Shown: positions 51,595 to 64,000, counted from the first letter of the stretch. The stretch is 64,000 nucleotides of DNA from Felis catus (GCF_018350175.1 NC_058368.1:162814001-162878000); one strand, 5' to 3'. Notes: generated by a model not told the origin, from the letters alone. Numbers and translations: made by a program.

Positions 51595-52032
51595 AATTAT
51601 GGAAAGAGCCTAAATGTCCATCAACTGATGAATGGATAAAGAAATTGTGGTTTATACACACAATGGAATACTACGTGGCAATGAGAAAGAATGAAATATG
51701 GCCTTTTGTAGCAACGTGGATGGAACTGGAGAGTGTGATGCTAAGTGAAATAAGCCATACAGAGAAAGACAGATACCATATGGTTTCACTCTTATGTGGA
51801 TCCTGAGAAACTTAACAGAAACCCATGGGGGAGGGGAAGGAAAAAAAAAAAGAGGTTAGAGTGGGAGAGAGCCAAAGCCTAAGAGACTCTTAAAAACTGA
51901 GAACAAACTGAGGGTTGATGGGGGATGGGAGGGAGAGGAGGGTGGGTGATGTAAATTGAGGAGGGCACCTTTTGGGATGAGCACTGGGTGTTGTATGGAA
52001 ACCAATTTGACAATAAATTTCATATATTGAAA

Positions 52033-52060
<28 letters not shown>
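51595..52060 (+). mobile_element. 5'-truncated L1_Fc-type fragment with (TAAA)n tail
   Basis: [17 protein letters not shown]...LLCGS*; TSD aatgggcagagta at 51582-51594 and 52061-52073. Confidence 0.95.
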
Positions 52061-52063
<3 letters not shown>

Positions 52064-53900
52064 GGGCAGAGTATCTGAATAGACACTTTTTCAAGAAGAT
52101 ATACAGATATCAAACAGGTACATTAAAGCATGCTAACATCATTAACCATCAGCAAAATGCAAATCAAAACCACAGTGAGATATAACTTCATGCTTGTTAG
52201 AATGGCTATCATCAAATGACAATAGGTAACAAATGCTAGTGAGGATGTGGAGAAAAGAAACCCTTCTTCACTGCTGGCAGAATCATAAATTGGTACACCT
52301 ACTACGGAAAACAGTATGAAGGTTGCTCAAAAATTAAAATAGATCAAACTACCATATGATCTACAGTTCCACTCCTGGAAATAGATCCAAAATAAATAAA
52401 TATACTATATCAAAGAGATATCTGCACTCTTATGTTCATAGCATTATTATTTACAATAGTCAAAAACGTGGAAACAACCTAAGTGTTCATCAATGATAAG
52501 GAAGTTGTAGTATATGTATATACAAAAGAATAATATTCAGCCATAAAAAAAGGAAAGAAATCCTTTCATTTGTGATAACATGGATGGACCTGGAAAGCAT
52601 TTTAACAAGTGAAATAAGTAACAAAGAGAAAGAAAATATACTGGATGATCTCACTTAAATGTGAATCTAAAAGATAGAGGTAGGGGTTGAGGGGCAGGGA
52701 AGAATATGATGACTACAGTTACCACTGCTTATCGTATATTTGAAAGTTGAGAAGAGATATATTGAGTTTTCATCATGAAACAAACAAACAAACAAAAACA
52801 TTGGTTTTCTTTCTTTTTTTGTATTTATTTGAGATGATGGATATTAATTAAATTTACTGTGGTAATAATTTCACAATATATGTAAGTCAAGCCATTGTGC
52901 TGTACACCTTAAACTTATACAGAGCTATATGTCAATTATGTCTTAACTTGGGGAAAATGAGAGTGAACAGCGTTGAGAAGGGAAATTTGCCATTAATAAA
53001 TCAAAACTTGATACTTTTCTAGACTGCATACAGAACACTGAACGCTACATGTTAAAACAAGAAATCTTCAATCCAATATTAATAAGAATTCATTTTTTTA
53101 AAGATTGAGGGACTAGGATTTTCATGGTAATTAATTATTCTAAGATTTTGGAGAACATGCCATTTGAAGCTCAGAAACTCTCATCAATTCTAAAACATAA
53201 GCATTTCTGCTTAATATTATGTGTGCATTCCTTTAAAACATTCCCTTAGGCAAAAATCAAACACCAGAAATAACAAGGCTTATGGAGAAAACATTGTAGA
53301 GGTAAACTGCTGCAACTTTGTAACCAGAGTTCTAACAAAAAAACACCACAATCTTAATACATTTTAGCACAGCTAAATCCACACTGGGTTTTCACCCAGT
53401 ACCACTGTTAATCTTTTGTAGGTTTAAACACTGGAACTCACATCCTTCTGTTGAGATAAAGTTCCTTGGGAACATGAATTTCCAATAGAGATCAATTTCA
53501 TCAAAAATAAAAATATTTAGAAATAACTTTGCAGCTTCTTCATCTACACTTGCAACTTCACTAGATATGTTAACATTGTGAAAAGCATGATGATTCTCAA
53601 TAGCATTAAATTATTCAAAACTGATTCCAAAGGAAGGTATTACTGTAAGTTTTTTAGCTGTTTTTTTTAAGACTTCCATTTATTGCCAAGGTCTTCTCTT
53701 TAATAGTAAGAAAGATTTTCTTGACTGTTTCAAAAGGTACTAACTTAGTGTTAAACAATTAAACTTCTGGGTTATACTTACATCATTTCTCTATTTACCA
53801 ATCCACATAATTATAAACTAGTTTGTGACAGAAACAATGTTCTGTTGTATCAGAAGTCTATCTTCAAATTTAAAGTATTAACACTACTATCCAAATTATT

Positions 53901-54120
53901 TTTTTAAATTTTTTTTTCAACGTTTATTTATTTTTGGGACAGAGAGAGACAGAGCATGAACGGGGGAGGGGCAGAGAGAGAGGGAGACACAGAATCGGAA
54001 ACAGGCTCCAGGCTCTGAGCCATCAGCCCAGAGCCCGACGCGGGGCTCGAACTCACGGACCGCGAGATCGTGACCTGGCTGAAGTCAGACGCTTAACCGA
54101 TTGCGCCACCCAGGCGCCCC
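53901..54120 (-). mobile_element. SINEC_Fc-type SINE
   Basis: TSD tactatccaaattatt at 53885-53900 and 54121-54136. Confidence 0.96.
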
Positions 54121-54704
54121 TACTATCCAAATTATTATAATTTTTATTATACTTTTATTTTCTGAAAAAAGGATAAATATACAGATAACATATACACACA
54201 CACACATAAACTACAAGCAACTTCAAAATGGATCTGTCATTGTTTTACCTTATTTCCTAGTTGTATATATTTTCAGGTATCTTTTAGATAAGGATATTAA
54301 TAAAGGATATGAGTAACCTAAGATTATTAAACTAATTCTCCTAGAAAAACCTGTTATATTCTGATATTTAAAATCCTATACACTGTAAAAACATACAGTA
54401 AATGTTTCATAGGAAGGTATTTAGTTGTGAAAACACAGATCACCACAGATATATTTACATTAAGTGTAATTATTCTTTTCTGAATGTAGGGCACAGAAAT
54501 AGATCTTACAGAATCTTTAAAGAAGAAACTCCTGTTTTCACACTCTGATCCTCAAATGTTCTGCAATCCCACTGGAATTTCATATAAAGACTAGTGTGTA
54601 GGTTTTCATAAATGCATGTTGGAGTTAAGTAAAAAAGATAGATAGTAGAATATAAATACTCACTGCTTCACAATTCCTTCTGCCAGCCAATACTGTGAAT
54701 AGTC

Positions 54705-55078
54705 CATTTGCAAGGACAGGGATGGAGCTAGAGAGAATTATGCTAAGCGAAATAGCCAGAGATAGGCATATACCAAATGATTTCACTCATATGTGGAACA
54801 TAAGAAGCAAAACAAATTTATATAGGGGGTAAAAAGAGAGGGAAACCAAGAAACAGACTCTTAACTACAGAGAACAAACCGAGGGTTACTGTACCATTTG
54901 GGGGGTGGGGTGGGGAATGGTTTAAATAGGTGATAGGGATTAAGGAAGGCACTTGTGATGAGCAGTGGGTGTTGTATGTAAGTGATGAATCACTAAATTC
55001 TACACCCAGAACTTATATTACACTGTATGTTAATTAACCGGAATTTAAAAAAAAATTGGAGAAAGGAAAAAAAAAAAA
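54705..55078 (+). mobile_element. Carnivore L1 3'-end fragment
   Basis: tatgctaagcgaaatagcc ... gatgaatcactaaattctac ... A-rich tail. Confidence 0.88.
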
Positions 55079-55902
55079 GGAATAGGGCAATACATTTACA
55101 CACAGCGGTCCTTGACTAATGTGTATAACAAAGGAGAAATTCTATCCGTTATTTCTTCTCCCAAGAGAACAATAGAAGCAATGTAGAGAAGTTTTTTTTT
55201 TTGTTTTATAACAATCTGATTTTTATACTAACATTTAGGAAATTGCTATAAATTTGGATGGATGTACAATGATGTATGAAATACTTATAACAAAAACTCT
55301 CTAGAGAAACATATTTAAGCTTAAAAAAATTCCACAAATGGTTGACACATTTTCTACATTTAAATTTGAATATTTTTCACATGAAATAATTATAATTGTC
55401 ATACAATTAAATATAAAAACACGAAAATGGAAATCAGCTCAGGCATCAGGTAGTCTTTATCAATAAAACTCAAGTCAAAGTAAAAATAAAGATGTACATG
55501 ACCATTTTGACTTTTGTGTCTACTAAAATTAAAGGAGCATGAAACTCTGTATTGCAAATTAGCCAACTGACCAGAGATAGTTCCAAAAGAAACCTCTCCA
55601 TGGTGAAATAAAAGATCAATAAAATGTTAATTTTTAAGAAGCTTGAAACTGCCTTCTTTTGGAGAATAAGTGTGACATTAATTTAAGTTTTTATTATATG
55701 AACTGGACTGAAAAATCTAATTTTATTTTGAAAAATTATTCAGAAATAAACATCCACAGCCCGAATTAAATAAGAAGAACAAACTATATGAATCCTAAGT
55801 AGTCCTACATAACCAAAAGCTAATAATTAATACATGTCACTAACAGAATTAACTTATGTATATTTTCCCACTTCTGCTTCATTTTTCATTAAAAGTATTC
55901 TT

Positions 55903-56066
55903 TTTATTAGTTATTAAATGTGTATTTTACAATATATTTCAAAAATCCAAAACACAGGGACTATATTATTATATTTGTACTCAAACTATAATAAACTTAC
56001 GGGATCATATGAGTCACATTCATTTATTAAACATGTAACTATATTATAATTATTTCAAATTTTATT
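55903..56066 (-). terminator. Candidate SLCO6A1 polyadenylation signals (AATAAA at 56061-56066, 56023-56028, 55903-55908)
   Basis: tttatt on + strand just downstream of the stop codon; AT-rich context makes chance matches likely. Confidence 0.35.
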
Positions 56067-56131
56067 AGTATAACATTCCATTGATGGACTGACAGTATAT
56101 AATTCTTCCACATTAATGATCCAGTTATAAA

Positions 56132-56268
56132 TTAGTTTTTTCTTTTTTTTTTTACTGTTGGATTCTTCACAGGCATATGCAGGATTTCACTGTTATCCTT
56201 TGGTAAATATTTACATAGGCAAAGTGCAATAGCAGTGAAGAAGATAGTGACTACTTTGCAAATACAAC
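56132..56268 (-). CDS. SLCO6A1: SLCO6A1 (OATP6A1) last coding exon
   Basis: Acceptor ttttttttaattcag|GT; (C)CICKVVTIFFTAIALCLCKYLPKDNSEILHMPVKNPTVKKKRKN* resembles recalled human C-terminus CFLCKLCTIIFTTIAFF...VKNPKVKKKEETDL; joins upstream exon in phase 1. Confidence 0.88.
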
Positions 56269-56789
56269 CTGAATTAAAAAAAAAACAAAAACCATCAGAT
56301 GTGTCAATCTATCTAGAGCAAAAATATTTGTGGAAAGAATGCTATTTACCAAAGAAATGGTAAGTATATGTAATCTCTTTAAAATATCAATTTTCTAATT
56401 ATAGAATGTAATTAATGTTATAAACATATCAAGTTACTAAAGGAGATTTTTTAATGTTTACAAAAGCTTTAAAATTTCTTAAAAAAGTGTGTCTTTTTTT
56501 CACAGAATGTATTAACTCTAAAGCTTAAAAATACATTGCTGCTAACTTAAATATCAATAGGAACTGGAACCTATTTAAGCCACTTAATGCAGCTTTATTC
56601 TTTTTGAAAAAAATCACCATTTTCCAAATATAAACAGAAATATTACAAGCATTATATAAAGGTACTTGCGCTTAGAATGCAAAAGACCCTGAAAATTAAA
56701 GTAAAAAATATTCTAGAGCAACAACATCAATTATCTGACAATATCAATTATAGTGGTTACAAAAGATAAAGAAACATTAATGAGTCTGT

Positions 56790-57740
56790 CATTTATAATG
56801 ACACAATAATTTTCATACATTTATAATAGCCCAACACTGCAAACAACCAAATGAATTTTAACAAGAGAATGGATAGATTATAGTATATTCACAAAATGAA
56901 ACAGTATTTGGAAATTTTTTTTAAAGGACAAACTACTGCTATAGAATAATATGGATGAATCTCCCAAAAGCATAATATTAAGCAACACAGAAAAAAAAAA
57001 AAGAGTATATACTGCATTCCATTTGCATAAATTTTTAGAACAGAAAGAGCCAACATATTGTAATAGAAATCTGAAACAGGTTTATCTCTAGAGGAAGGAA
57101 ATTGACTGAAAAGGACAGGGGATACATTTCTACAGCTTGTTTTGAGGTGCTGGTTCCACAGATGCACTCATTTATCAAAAGCCATCAAACTAAAAACCTA
57201 AGATATATGTTAATTGCATCTTCATTACATCTCAATTTTTTTTTTTAAAGATACATTTTTCACAAACTAAACACAGTGTGACCAGCATCTGGATCAAGAA
57301 CAAAACAGCTGTCAACACCCCAGAAGCTTTCCTTCATGTTTCCTCAAAGTCACTAACCAGAATGGGTTACTTTTATTTTTGAAATATAGTTATAGCAGGT
57401 CAAAATTATGTAAGTGGAATCACAGAGTGCATACTCAGTTGTTTGATTTCTTTCTTTCAAACTTATGTTTGTATGATTAATTCATATTTTATATAGTTGT
57501 GTACCTTCTGTTTTCATTGCCATATACCATTCCATTGTTGATTTTACCACAATTTATATATCCATTCCATTGTTTATTGACTGATTATTAAATTTTGTGA
57601 ATTCTTTCAAGTCTTTTGTCCATTTTTTCCATTGTTTATCCTTTGCTTATTTTGATATATAGGAGTTCTTTATATATTTTGGACATTGGTTCCTTTTTAC
57701 ACTTTACCTTCTAAACTATGGTTGTCTATTAATTATTTCT
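56790..57740. mobile_element. Two old L1ME-like fragments in opposite orientation (+ about 56790-57240, - about 57250-57740)
   Basis: tttataatagcccaacactgcaaacaacc, atggatgaatctcccaaaagcataat; then ccacaatttatatatccattcc. Confidence 0.65.
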
Positions 57741-58319
57741 TTTAACGATCAGAACTTTAAAAAGTTTACACTAAACTGCCACCAAAGCATATTCTTATTT
57801 CAGTTTCTTCTCTTTGCCCTTTCCAACTGTATTTCTCTATGTCCTTTATTATTGTTATCTCCTTTTAGTAGCTCCTTAGCAGGATCTCTAAGCAGTTCAC
57901 CAGCTTTGTCAATTTTGTGCTGAGTTTGAAAATAGATAAGCATGTTACATATATATATCTAAAATAAAAATTAAAAGGCTCAGTAGTGTCCTAAGAGGAC
58001 TTCCTTAAGAACAAAACCTAGTTTTGTTGAATTATCTCTGAGAAATTAATTTTGACTTCTTAAAGGTCACTTTTTACTTTTTAATTGTTTTTTAAAATTT
58101 GACTTTACTCAATGTTCAGTGTAGACTAAGTTTGCTGGATAATTGACTTTTGAATTACAAGGCACCGCTATATACTGTTCATCACAGAAGTATTTGTTAC
58201 TGTTAAATATTAGAGTCTATCATTATGTTTCTTCAAATTAATGAACTCATTAAAATCACAAAACATATAAACACTTTTAAATATTTATCATACCAACATC
58301 TATACAATAAAATTATTGA

Positions 58320-58430
58320 ATGTTAGTAGAGATTAAGACTTCAGACATTATATAGTCCAACATCCTCATTGTACAGATGAACAAATTGAAATCAAGGAAG
58401 ATATATATTTTCTAGAGTAATACAAGCATA
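58320..58430 (-). mobile_element. MIR fragment
   Basis: atagtccaacatcctcattgtacagatgaacaaattga. Confidence 0.6.
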
Positions 58431-58971
58431 TCTAGATTTTCTCAAAACTGACCATAACACAGCTCATACCACCATAGTATCTCAATTCCTCATATCTTTA
58501 TTTATTCAATAAATACTGAATACTTGCTAGGTAGGCTGTTACACCGTTAAGCAAAAGAGACTGTGAAACTCACATGTAAGTAGGGTGAGAGTATCCTGAT
58601 GTTCTCTGGGGATGTGAAATTTTTTTTTAATTGTCCAATCTTTTACTATGTAAATAGCAAGGGTTACAAGGTCAAGCAACTTGGTTGTATATGTATATGG
58701 ACAAAATTACTTCCCAAATTGAAATTTTGCTAATTACCACCCTTTATTCAGGAACAACATAAAACAATTGTGTATTTAATGCAGTGACTCAAATATTCAT
58801 ATAAATACTTTAATACTTCAGTTTCTAAAATATTTTCTATATAATAAGGGTTCTTTAAACATCAAGATACTCATTTGTTCGTAGTTTATTATTATTGTAC
58901 ATTACTATAAACAACCATACATGTTTAAAACAGTTTTACTTTTCTGTAATTCTTTAATAGGTATCACTTAC

Positions 58972-59109
58972 ATATTCCTACCAATAGGTAGGCCATTTTC
59001 ATCTTGTTATAGATCCAACAATTTCCTTTTTTCCCACAGTATTCAGTCTCCCGAAAGATACAAGAAATATCTGCTGTCATTTTAAAAACTATTGGTCCAG
59101 GTATAGTCC
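58972..59109 (-). CDS. SLCO6A1: SLCO6A1 penultimate coding exon, 138 nt, phase 1-1
   Basis: Acceptor gcatttttcatag|GG, donor ATAT|gtaagt; encodes (G)TIPGPIVFKMTADISCIFRETEYCGKKGNCWIYNKMKMAYLLVGI, the OATP TM11 / extracellular loop 6 motif (GxIPGP..F...C......CG..G.CWIY); SLCO6A1 is the known syntenic neighbour upstream of SLCO4C1. Confidence 0.92.
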
Positions 59110-59699
59110 CTATGAAAAATGCAATAATTATAAATGCTCCATGAAAACACTACAGGTTAGGATAAGTATGATTTTTATTCTAAAATTAAACTGATATATT
59201 TAGCCATCATCACATTTAAATATATCATTTAAAATTATCTAAGAATTTACTTATAAGTAGGATTATTAAGAACTGGAAAAAACTGTATTTTTTAAAAATC
59301 CTTATTCCTGTAGGTATAAAAAATTAGTTGCTTTCATATTTTTAGAATGACATACATGTAATCAGTTTATGTTTTTATGTTCTCTATGTTTTCAATCAAT
59401 GAAAAGTTAGTTTTCATTTTAATGCAATGTACATCTGTTATTTATCAAGATATTGAGAGAAATAACTAGGAATGTAAATGCTTTGGTATGTTTGTAGCAA
59501 CCCTAGATTCAGAGGACCTCATATCCAGAAGAAGAGTTGTGTACTGCCTTACGTAAATTTCTGTATACTCTCAGAGACAACATCTCCTCAGCAACAATTT
59601 CAGCTAAAAATTAATTAGAAGTCATTTTTTAAAAAGTCACCCCAAAGACATTAGAACTGAAATCTCAGAACTAAGATATCTTTACTGACATCTAGTTTA

Positions 59700-60500
59700 C
59701 TATAACTTCATTATGTCAGGGCCCTCATGCTTCATGACTTATGACTCCTGCCAAAGACCACTATCCAAGATCACTATCAAAGATTACCAATTCTCCCAAT
59801 CTTATTGAGTGCTGGCACTCTGTTTATAATCGTTCAAGGTGAAAAACCTAAGCCTACTACTCATTTTTTTCTATTTTCCTTCATATTTTTCCAATCCATG
59901 ATAAATCTTTAGGACACTAACTCTAAACATATCTTGGATATGTTGATTTCTGTGTCTCTTTCACAACCTCCAGAATCCAATTTAACATAATTCTGGTTTA
60001 GACTGCAGCAAAAAGCCTTTTTTTTCTTTACATTTATCTTCTATAAGTATTTTTCCCTCCAGAAGCAGAGTTATCTTTTAAACAGAAAACAGATAATATC
60101 TATCCTCTGCTTCAAATTATCTGTTGGCAAAATACTGTTAGATATAGAGGCAGTCTGTATCTAAAGTATCATCTTGTTCCACCCTCTTCCAACAAAAATG
60201 TATCAGTCTCACTAGCTTCCTTTCTCGTGTTAGAAACTGTTTATGCATTAGCTGTTTCTTAGGTTCTGTCTTCCAAAACAAATCTGTCCTTATCGATCAG
60301 GCCATGATTCACATAAAAATATGCTCTCATTTTTCCTAATTAAAAGAGCCAATTTTAACCCCACATATTGATCTAGGTATAGAATTATTTCTCTGATCCC
60401 TATCCAAGCCACACTTAAATTTTTCTATGTTCTTGACTCCATTTATCACATGTCTTTCAGTCTTCAATCCAGTTTAATCTCGTTTCCTTGCCCCATCAAT
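59700..60500 (+). mobile_element. Degenerate LINE2 fragments
   Basis: aatccatgataaatctttagg, ggtttagactgcagcaaaaagcc, ccagaagcagagttatcttttaaac. Confidence 0.5.
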
Positions 60501-61484
60501 ATTTTTAATCAACTTTTGAATCAGGGGTGCTAATACAGTCATAATGTAGATAATTTAGATTTGAAAGCTAGTTTTTGCTATTTTAAGAAAGCCTGAAGTA
60601 CAGAGTGCATTACCATCTGAGAAAAACAATTTTTTTTTCTTTGGCTAGAAGTCCTTAAAAACATCAGAGTCTTTGGTAACGAAAATGTTGTTAGTGACTC
60701 CCCAAACATGCAAGCAGTGTTGTGGTTATGTGTTTTGTTTCAGCTTACCAAACCACTTGGACAAGATTGATGAATATACATCTAATCAAATAGACTGTCC
60801 TGTCTGATCAAATATAGTATTAATGCATATTTTATATGACAGGATCGGCTTTGCATTATGTATTGTCTTTTTACATAAATATTGTCTCCTAAATTCTGCA
60901 AAGCAGCTCCCCCATTCACTTGTGTTGTGTCAGTTTACCATTTTTATTTATTTGAAATTCTAAATATACACGTAGACACACATATCAAAAAATCAACAAT
61001 TCAGTGTAATAAAAGATTGCCGAAAGTCCATACCAAATATTCTCAAAAACACAAAGGCCAAACCCAAGGCCAAAGAACGTTGATTGTCAGATACAATCCT
61101 GCGAGCAAAGAGTAATGATATTATCAAAACATTGCTATTAATAGCTTTAGAGAATTTGCTAGGTTATTATTATTATTTTATTACTACTATAAATTTTTTG
61201 TTATTTTTTTTACTCTTCATCAGTTAAACTAAAAATCTTTAGCCAGTTAACAGAGTTCAATCTAGGTGAATTAAAGAAGTACAATTCCTTCAATTCTTCA
61301 TATCCTTCCCCTTGCCAACTGATTCCAACGCTTCTTGCTCTTCACAAGGAGGAAACATTTATGGGCCAGACCCTCTGCCCCAGCCTCTTTTTTCCTTTGC
61401 TGAAATAAAATTTAGCACTATCACACTTACCTTTTCCCCATTTTGAGGTGCACATCCACTACTTTATATTTCTCCTTTTTCCTC

Positions 61485-61890
61485 TGTGAGATCCACTCTA
61501 CATTTCTTTACCTTTATCTCTGTCTTGAGAGACTGATCTAAATGTGCTACATCAATAGGCTCTCTTGCCTTCTGGCTTCTCATTACAGTTTGCCAATTGG
61601 GCACTCGAGAGTGAGGAAGGAGAGTGAGGTCAAGGTGTTTCTTCTCAGCTTCTCTCCCCAGAGTGAAATCCTGCTGACTAGGTCACTAGGCAAAGCAGTC
61701 CTCTCTACATGTCTCTCTCTTTCCTACCCTTGTTTTCTTTTGGGCAAGAGGTAACAGACCAGGGGTACTGCACTATATACCTTATGATCCTTATACTCCA
61801 CCCACATTTTAAATAGCCACTTTCTTCAACCTTGCTTAAATTATCCTAATTTGAGAGCCCCTTCTCTTTCCTGCTGGACCTCTGTTACCC
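61485..61890 (+). mobile_element. LTR33-like ERVL solo LTR
   Basis: ctctcttgccttctggcttct ... tttgccaattggg ... gagagtgaggtcaaggt ... aaattatcctaatttgag ... tttcctgctggac. Confidence 0.7.
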
Positions 61891-62001
61891 TCACTATTCA
61901 AAAGCTAAAATAAACAAAAATAATTTTCCAAATATAAAAAATGAAGCTCTCTGTTTTTCCTATAGGTCAAAGCAAGTATTTGTTTAAAAAAAAATGCATA
62001 A

Positions 62002-62225
62002 GGGGCCCCTGGGTGGCTCAGTCGGTTAAGCGGCCAACTTCGGCTCAGGTCATGATCTCGCAGTCCGTGAGTTCAAGCCCCGCATCGGGCTCTGTGCTGA
62101 AAGCTCAGAGCCTGGAGCCTGTTTCAGATTCTGTGTCTCCCTCTCTCTGACCCTCCCCCGTTCATGCTCTGTCTCTCTCTGTCTCAAAAATAAATAAACG
62201 TTAAAAAAAATTTAAAAAATAAAAT
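62002..62225 (+). mobile_element. SINEC_Fc-type SINE
   Basis: ggggcccctgggtggctcagtcggttaagcgg head; flanked by aatgcataa / agtgcataa. Confidence 0.95.
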
Positions 62226-62841
62226 AAGTGCATAAAACCACATATCAGTTTGGAGACTCAATTGAAAACACAATAAAAAATAATAAACCATTGAACATTT
62301 TAGGAAGTAAAAAAATAAAAACTACATTTTATTAAAAAAAAAACTCTTTGCTTACCATTTTTTTCCTTGTTCTAGGACTTGCACAATGAACTAATATGAC
62401 CAATGTTTTCATCCAAACAACTCAATATACTAAAATGTAGCATTCATACAATATTTTGTGACTATCTCACAAAAAGTAATATAATTCCACCCATATCAAC
62501 CTGGTAGAAATATTCTTTCCTCAAATGTTTACTACTAGGAAAATGAAAACAAATTAACCAATCCTCAAAAGATAATGGTATTTTTAAATAAAAAAATAAT
62601 TTATACTTCCATAGTAAGCAGATTCTTAAGGGAGGAAAAAGAAAGTGTCACATTTTAGAACTACACTTTAGGATAGGTCTTGGTATAAAGTGGAGATATT
62701 AATAATATCCCTAACTATAATTGAGTGTTCTGCTTCATTTAGCACATGTAGTTTTCTTACATGGATTATCATTGCTTTCCGAAGCATATATAGAACTGAC
62801 CATGATTCATAAGTAGCATTATTAAGAAGCATTTATGTATT

Positions 62842-62962
62842 GGGAGCACCTCGGTAGCTCATTCGGTTGAGCTTCCGACTCGATTTCAGTTCAGGTCATG
62901 ATTTCGCAATCATGAGATCAAGCCCCATGTCAGCTCTGCACTGAGCATGGAGCCTGCTTGGG

Positions 62963-63015
<53 letters not shown>

Positions 63016-63069
63016 TTCTCTTTCTCTCTCTCTCTCTTTCAAAATAATTAAATAAATAAACTTTTAAAA
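62842..63069 (+). mobile_element. SINEC with long (CT)n tract
   Basis: Degraded TSD aagaagcatttatgtat / aagaaggatttttgtat. Confidence 0.92.
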
Positions 63070-63384
63070 AAGAAGGATTTTTGTATCTTCACTTCTGATA
63101 TACAAGATAAAAAGATTAATGGTTCCCAAGATTTTCCATCAGTTAAATGAATAACACAAAATAAATAATAGCTTTGTATTAAAAATATTTAATGGAAAAT
63201 GAATGAAGCGAATGGTTTTTTGTATATTGTCTAATAAGTAAGGCTATAATAGGGTGTTTAAGAATATCATGGAATAAACAAAAATTTGTTAGTACTCTTC
63301 CAAAACGTAAAAAGGCAGCTTCCACTATCTCTCATGACTTCTAAACTTCTATTTCCACTCCACAGCATTCTTATAAGACATCAG

Positions 63385-64000
63385 CTCTAGATTTAAATTC
63401 CTGTTTCGCACAAAAGCTGCTCCTTCCCCAGTGCTCCCCCATCACAAGTGGAGCTGTCATCCACCATCATGCGGTGTTCAAGTCCAAAATGTGAAAAGAG
63501 GCACCTGTGATCCCATCCTTTTCCTCATGGACCAGAGCCAATAACCAAATACTGTGATTTTTAAAAATACATTTTTTGGTTCTTTCTCTGATTTAAAAAA
63601 ATATATATTTAATCTCTAATTCCACCAGCCTATTCCAAGTCTATATCTTTCTCCTGAAAACAAACCAAAAAAAAAAAAAAAAAAAAAATGAAATGACTTC
63701 CTAATTTATCTCCCAACAGCCATCCTTATACTTTCAGCCCACTCTCCACCTAAGAGCCAAAGTGATTTTTCTGTACTGTGAAACTCTGATTACTTCACTG
63801 TCTCCCGTAGGATCCTTTAACAGCTTCCCCTTGTTCTTATGATAAAACCTAGAATTGCAAAAAAAACATTTACAAGAGTCAGCCTTATCACATCAGTCTT
63901 ACTGGATGCCACTTCACACCTCACTTTTGCCTTCATTACCCTCCTTGTTCACGACATTCTATAACACAACAATCTTACAAAGCTACTTCTCCCACTCAGA
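63385..64000 (+). mobile_element. LINE2 fragment, runs off the window
   Basis: cccactctccacctaagagccaaagtgatttttct ... acagcttccccttgttcttatgataaaa. Confidence 0.7.

Larger units (their letters stand above)
50780..52955 (+). mobile_element. L1MA-type 3' fragment, interrupted by a SINE and a young L1 piece
   Basis: aaagacttaaatgtaaatccagaaaccataaaactc; 3' end tgtacaccttaaacttatacagagctatatgtcaattat. Confidence 0.85.

Noticed and set aside
61424..61440. Strong minus-strand donor AAG|GTAAGT
   Set aside because: No convincing pyrimidine-tract acceptor or OATP-like reading frame upstream

Overview
Felid (cat-like) genomic DNA, judged from many SINEC_Fc-type SINEs and L1_Fc-type LINEs. Two organic anion transporter genes lie head-to-tail on the minus strand. 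SLCO4C1 (OATP4C1) contributes its CpG-island promoter, coding exon 1 (13646-13991) and exon 2 (10200-10463), with intron 2 running off the left edge. SLCO6A1 (OATP6A1) contributes its last two coding exons (58972-59109 and 56132-56268), which the ORF track missed. The roughly 42 kb between them is mostly transposable elements: a 5'-intact but internally deleted L1 with TSDs, several nested SINE/LINE stacks, MaLR LTRs, hAT and Tigger DNA transposons, and a processed RPL21 pseudogene. I cannot support a wholly new biological system here. The best leads are: (1) a near-ideal recursive-splice-site motif (pyrimidine tract-CAG|GTAAGT, 72-nt AG-free zone) in SLCO4C1 intron 2, inside a hAT-like MITE; (2) an A11 homopolymer that shifts the SLCO6A1 C-terminus out of the apparently conserved frame; (3) a tandem CACGC (XRE-like) element in the SLCO4C1 promoter; (4) phase compatibility for an in-frame SLCO6A1-SLCO4C1 readthrough splice. 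Gene and repeat names come from recalled sequences rather than a database search, and boundaries of old repeats are approximate.
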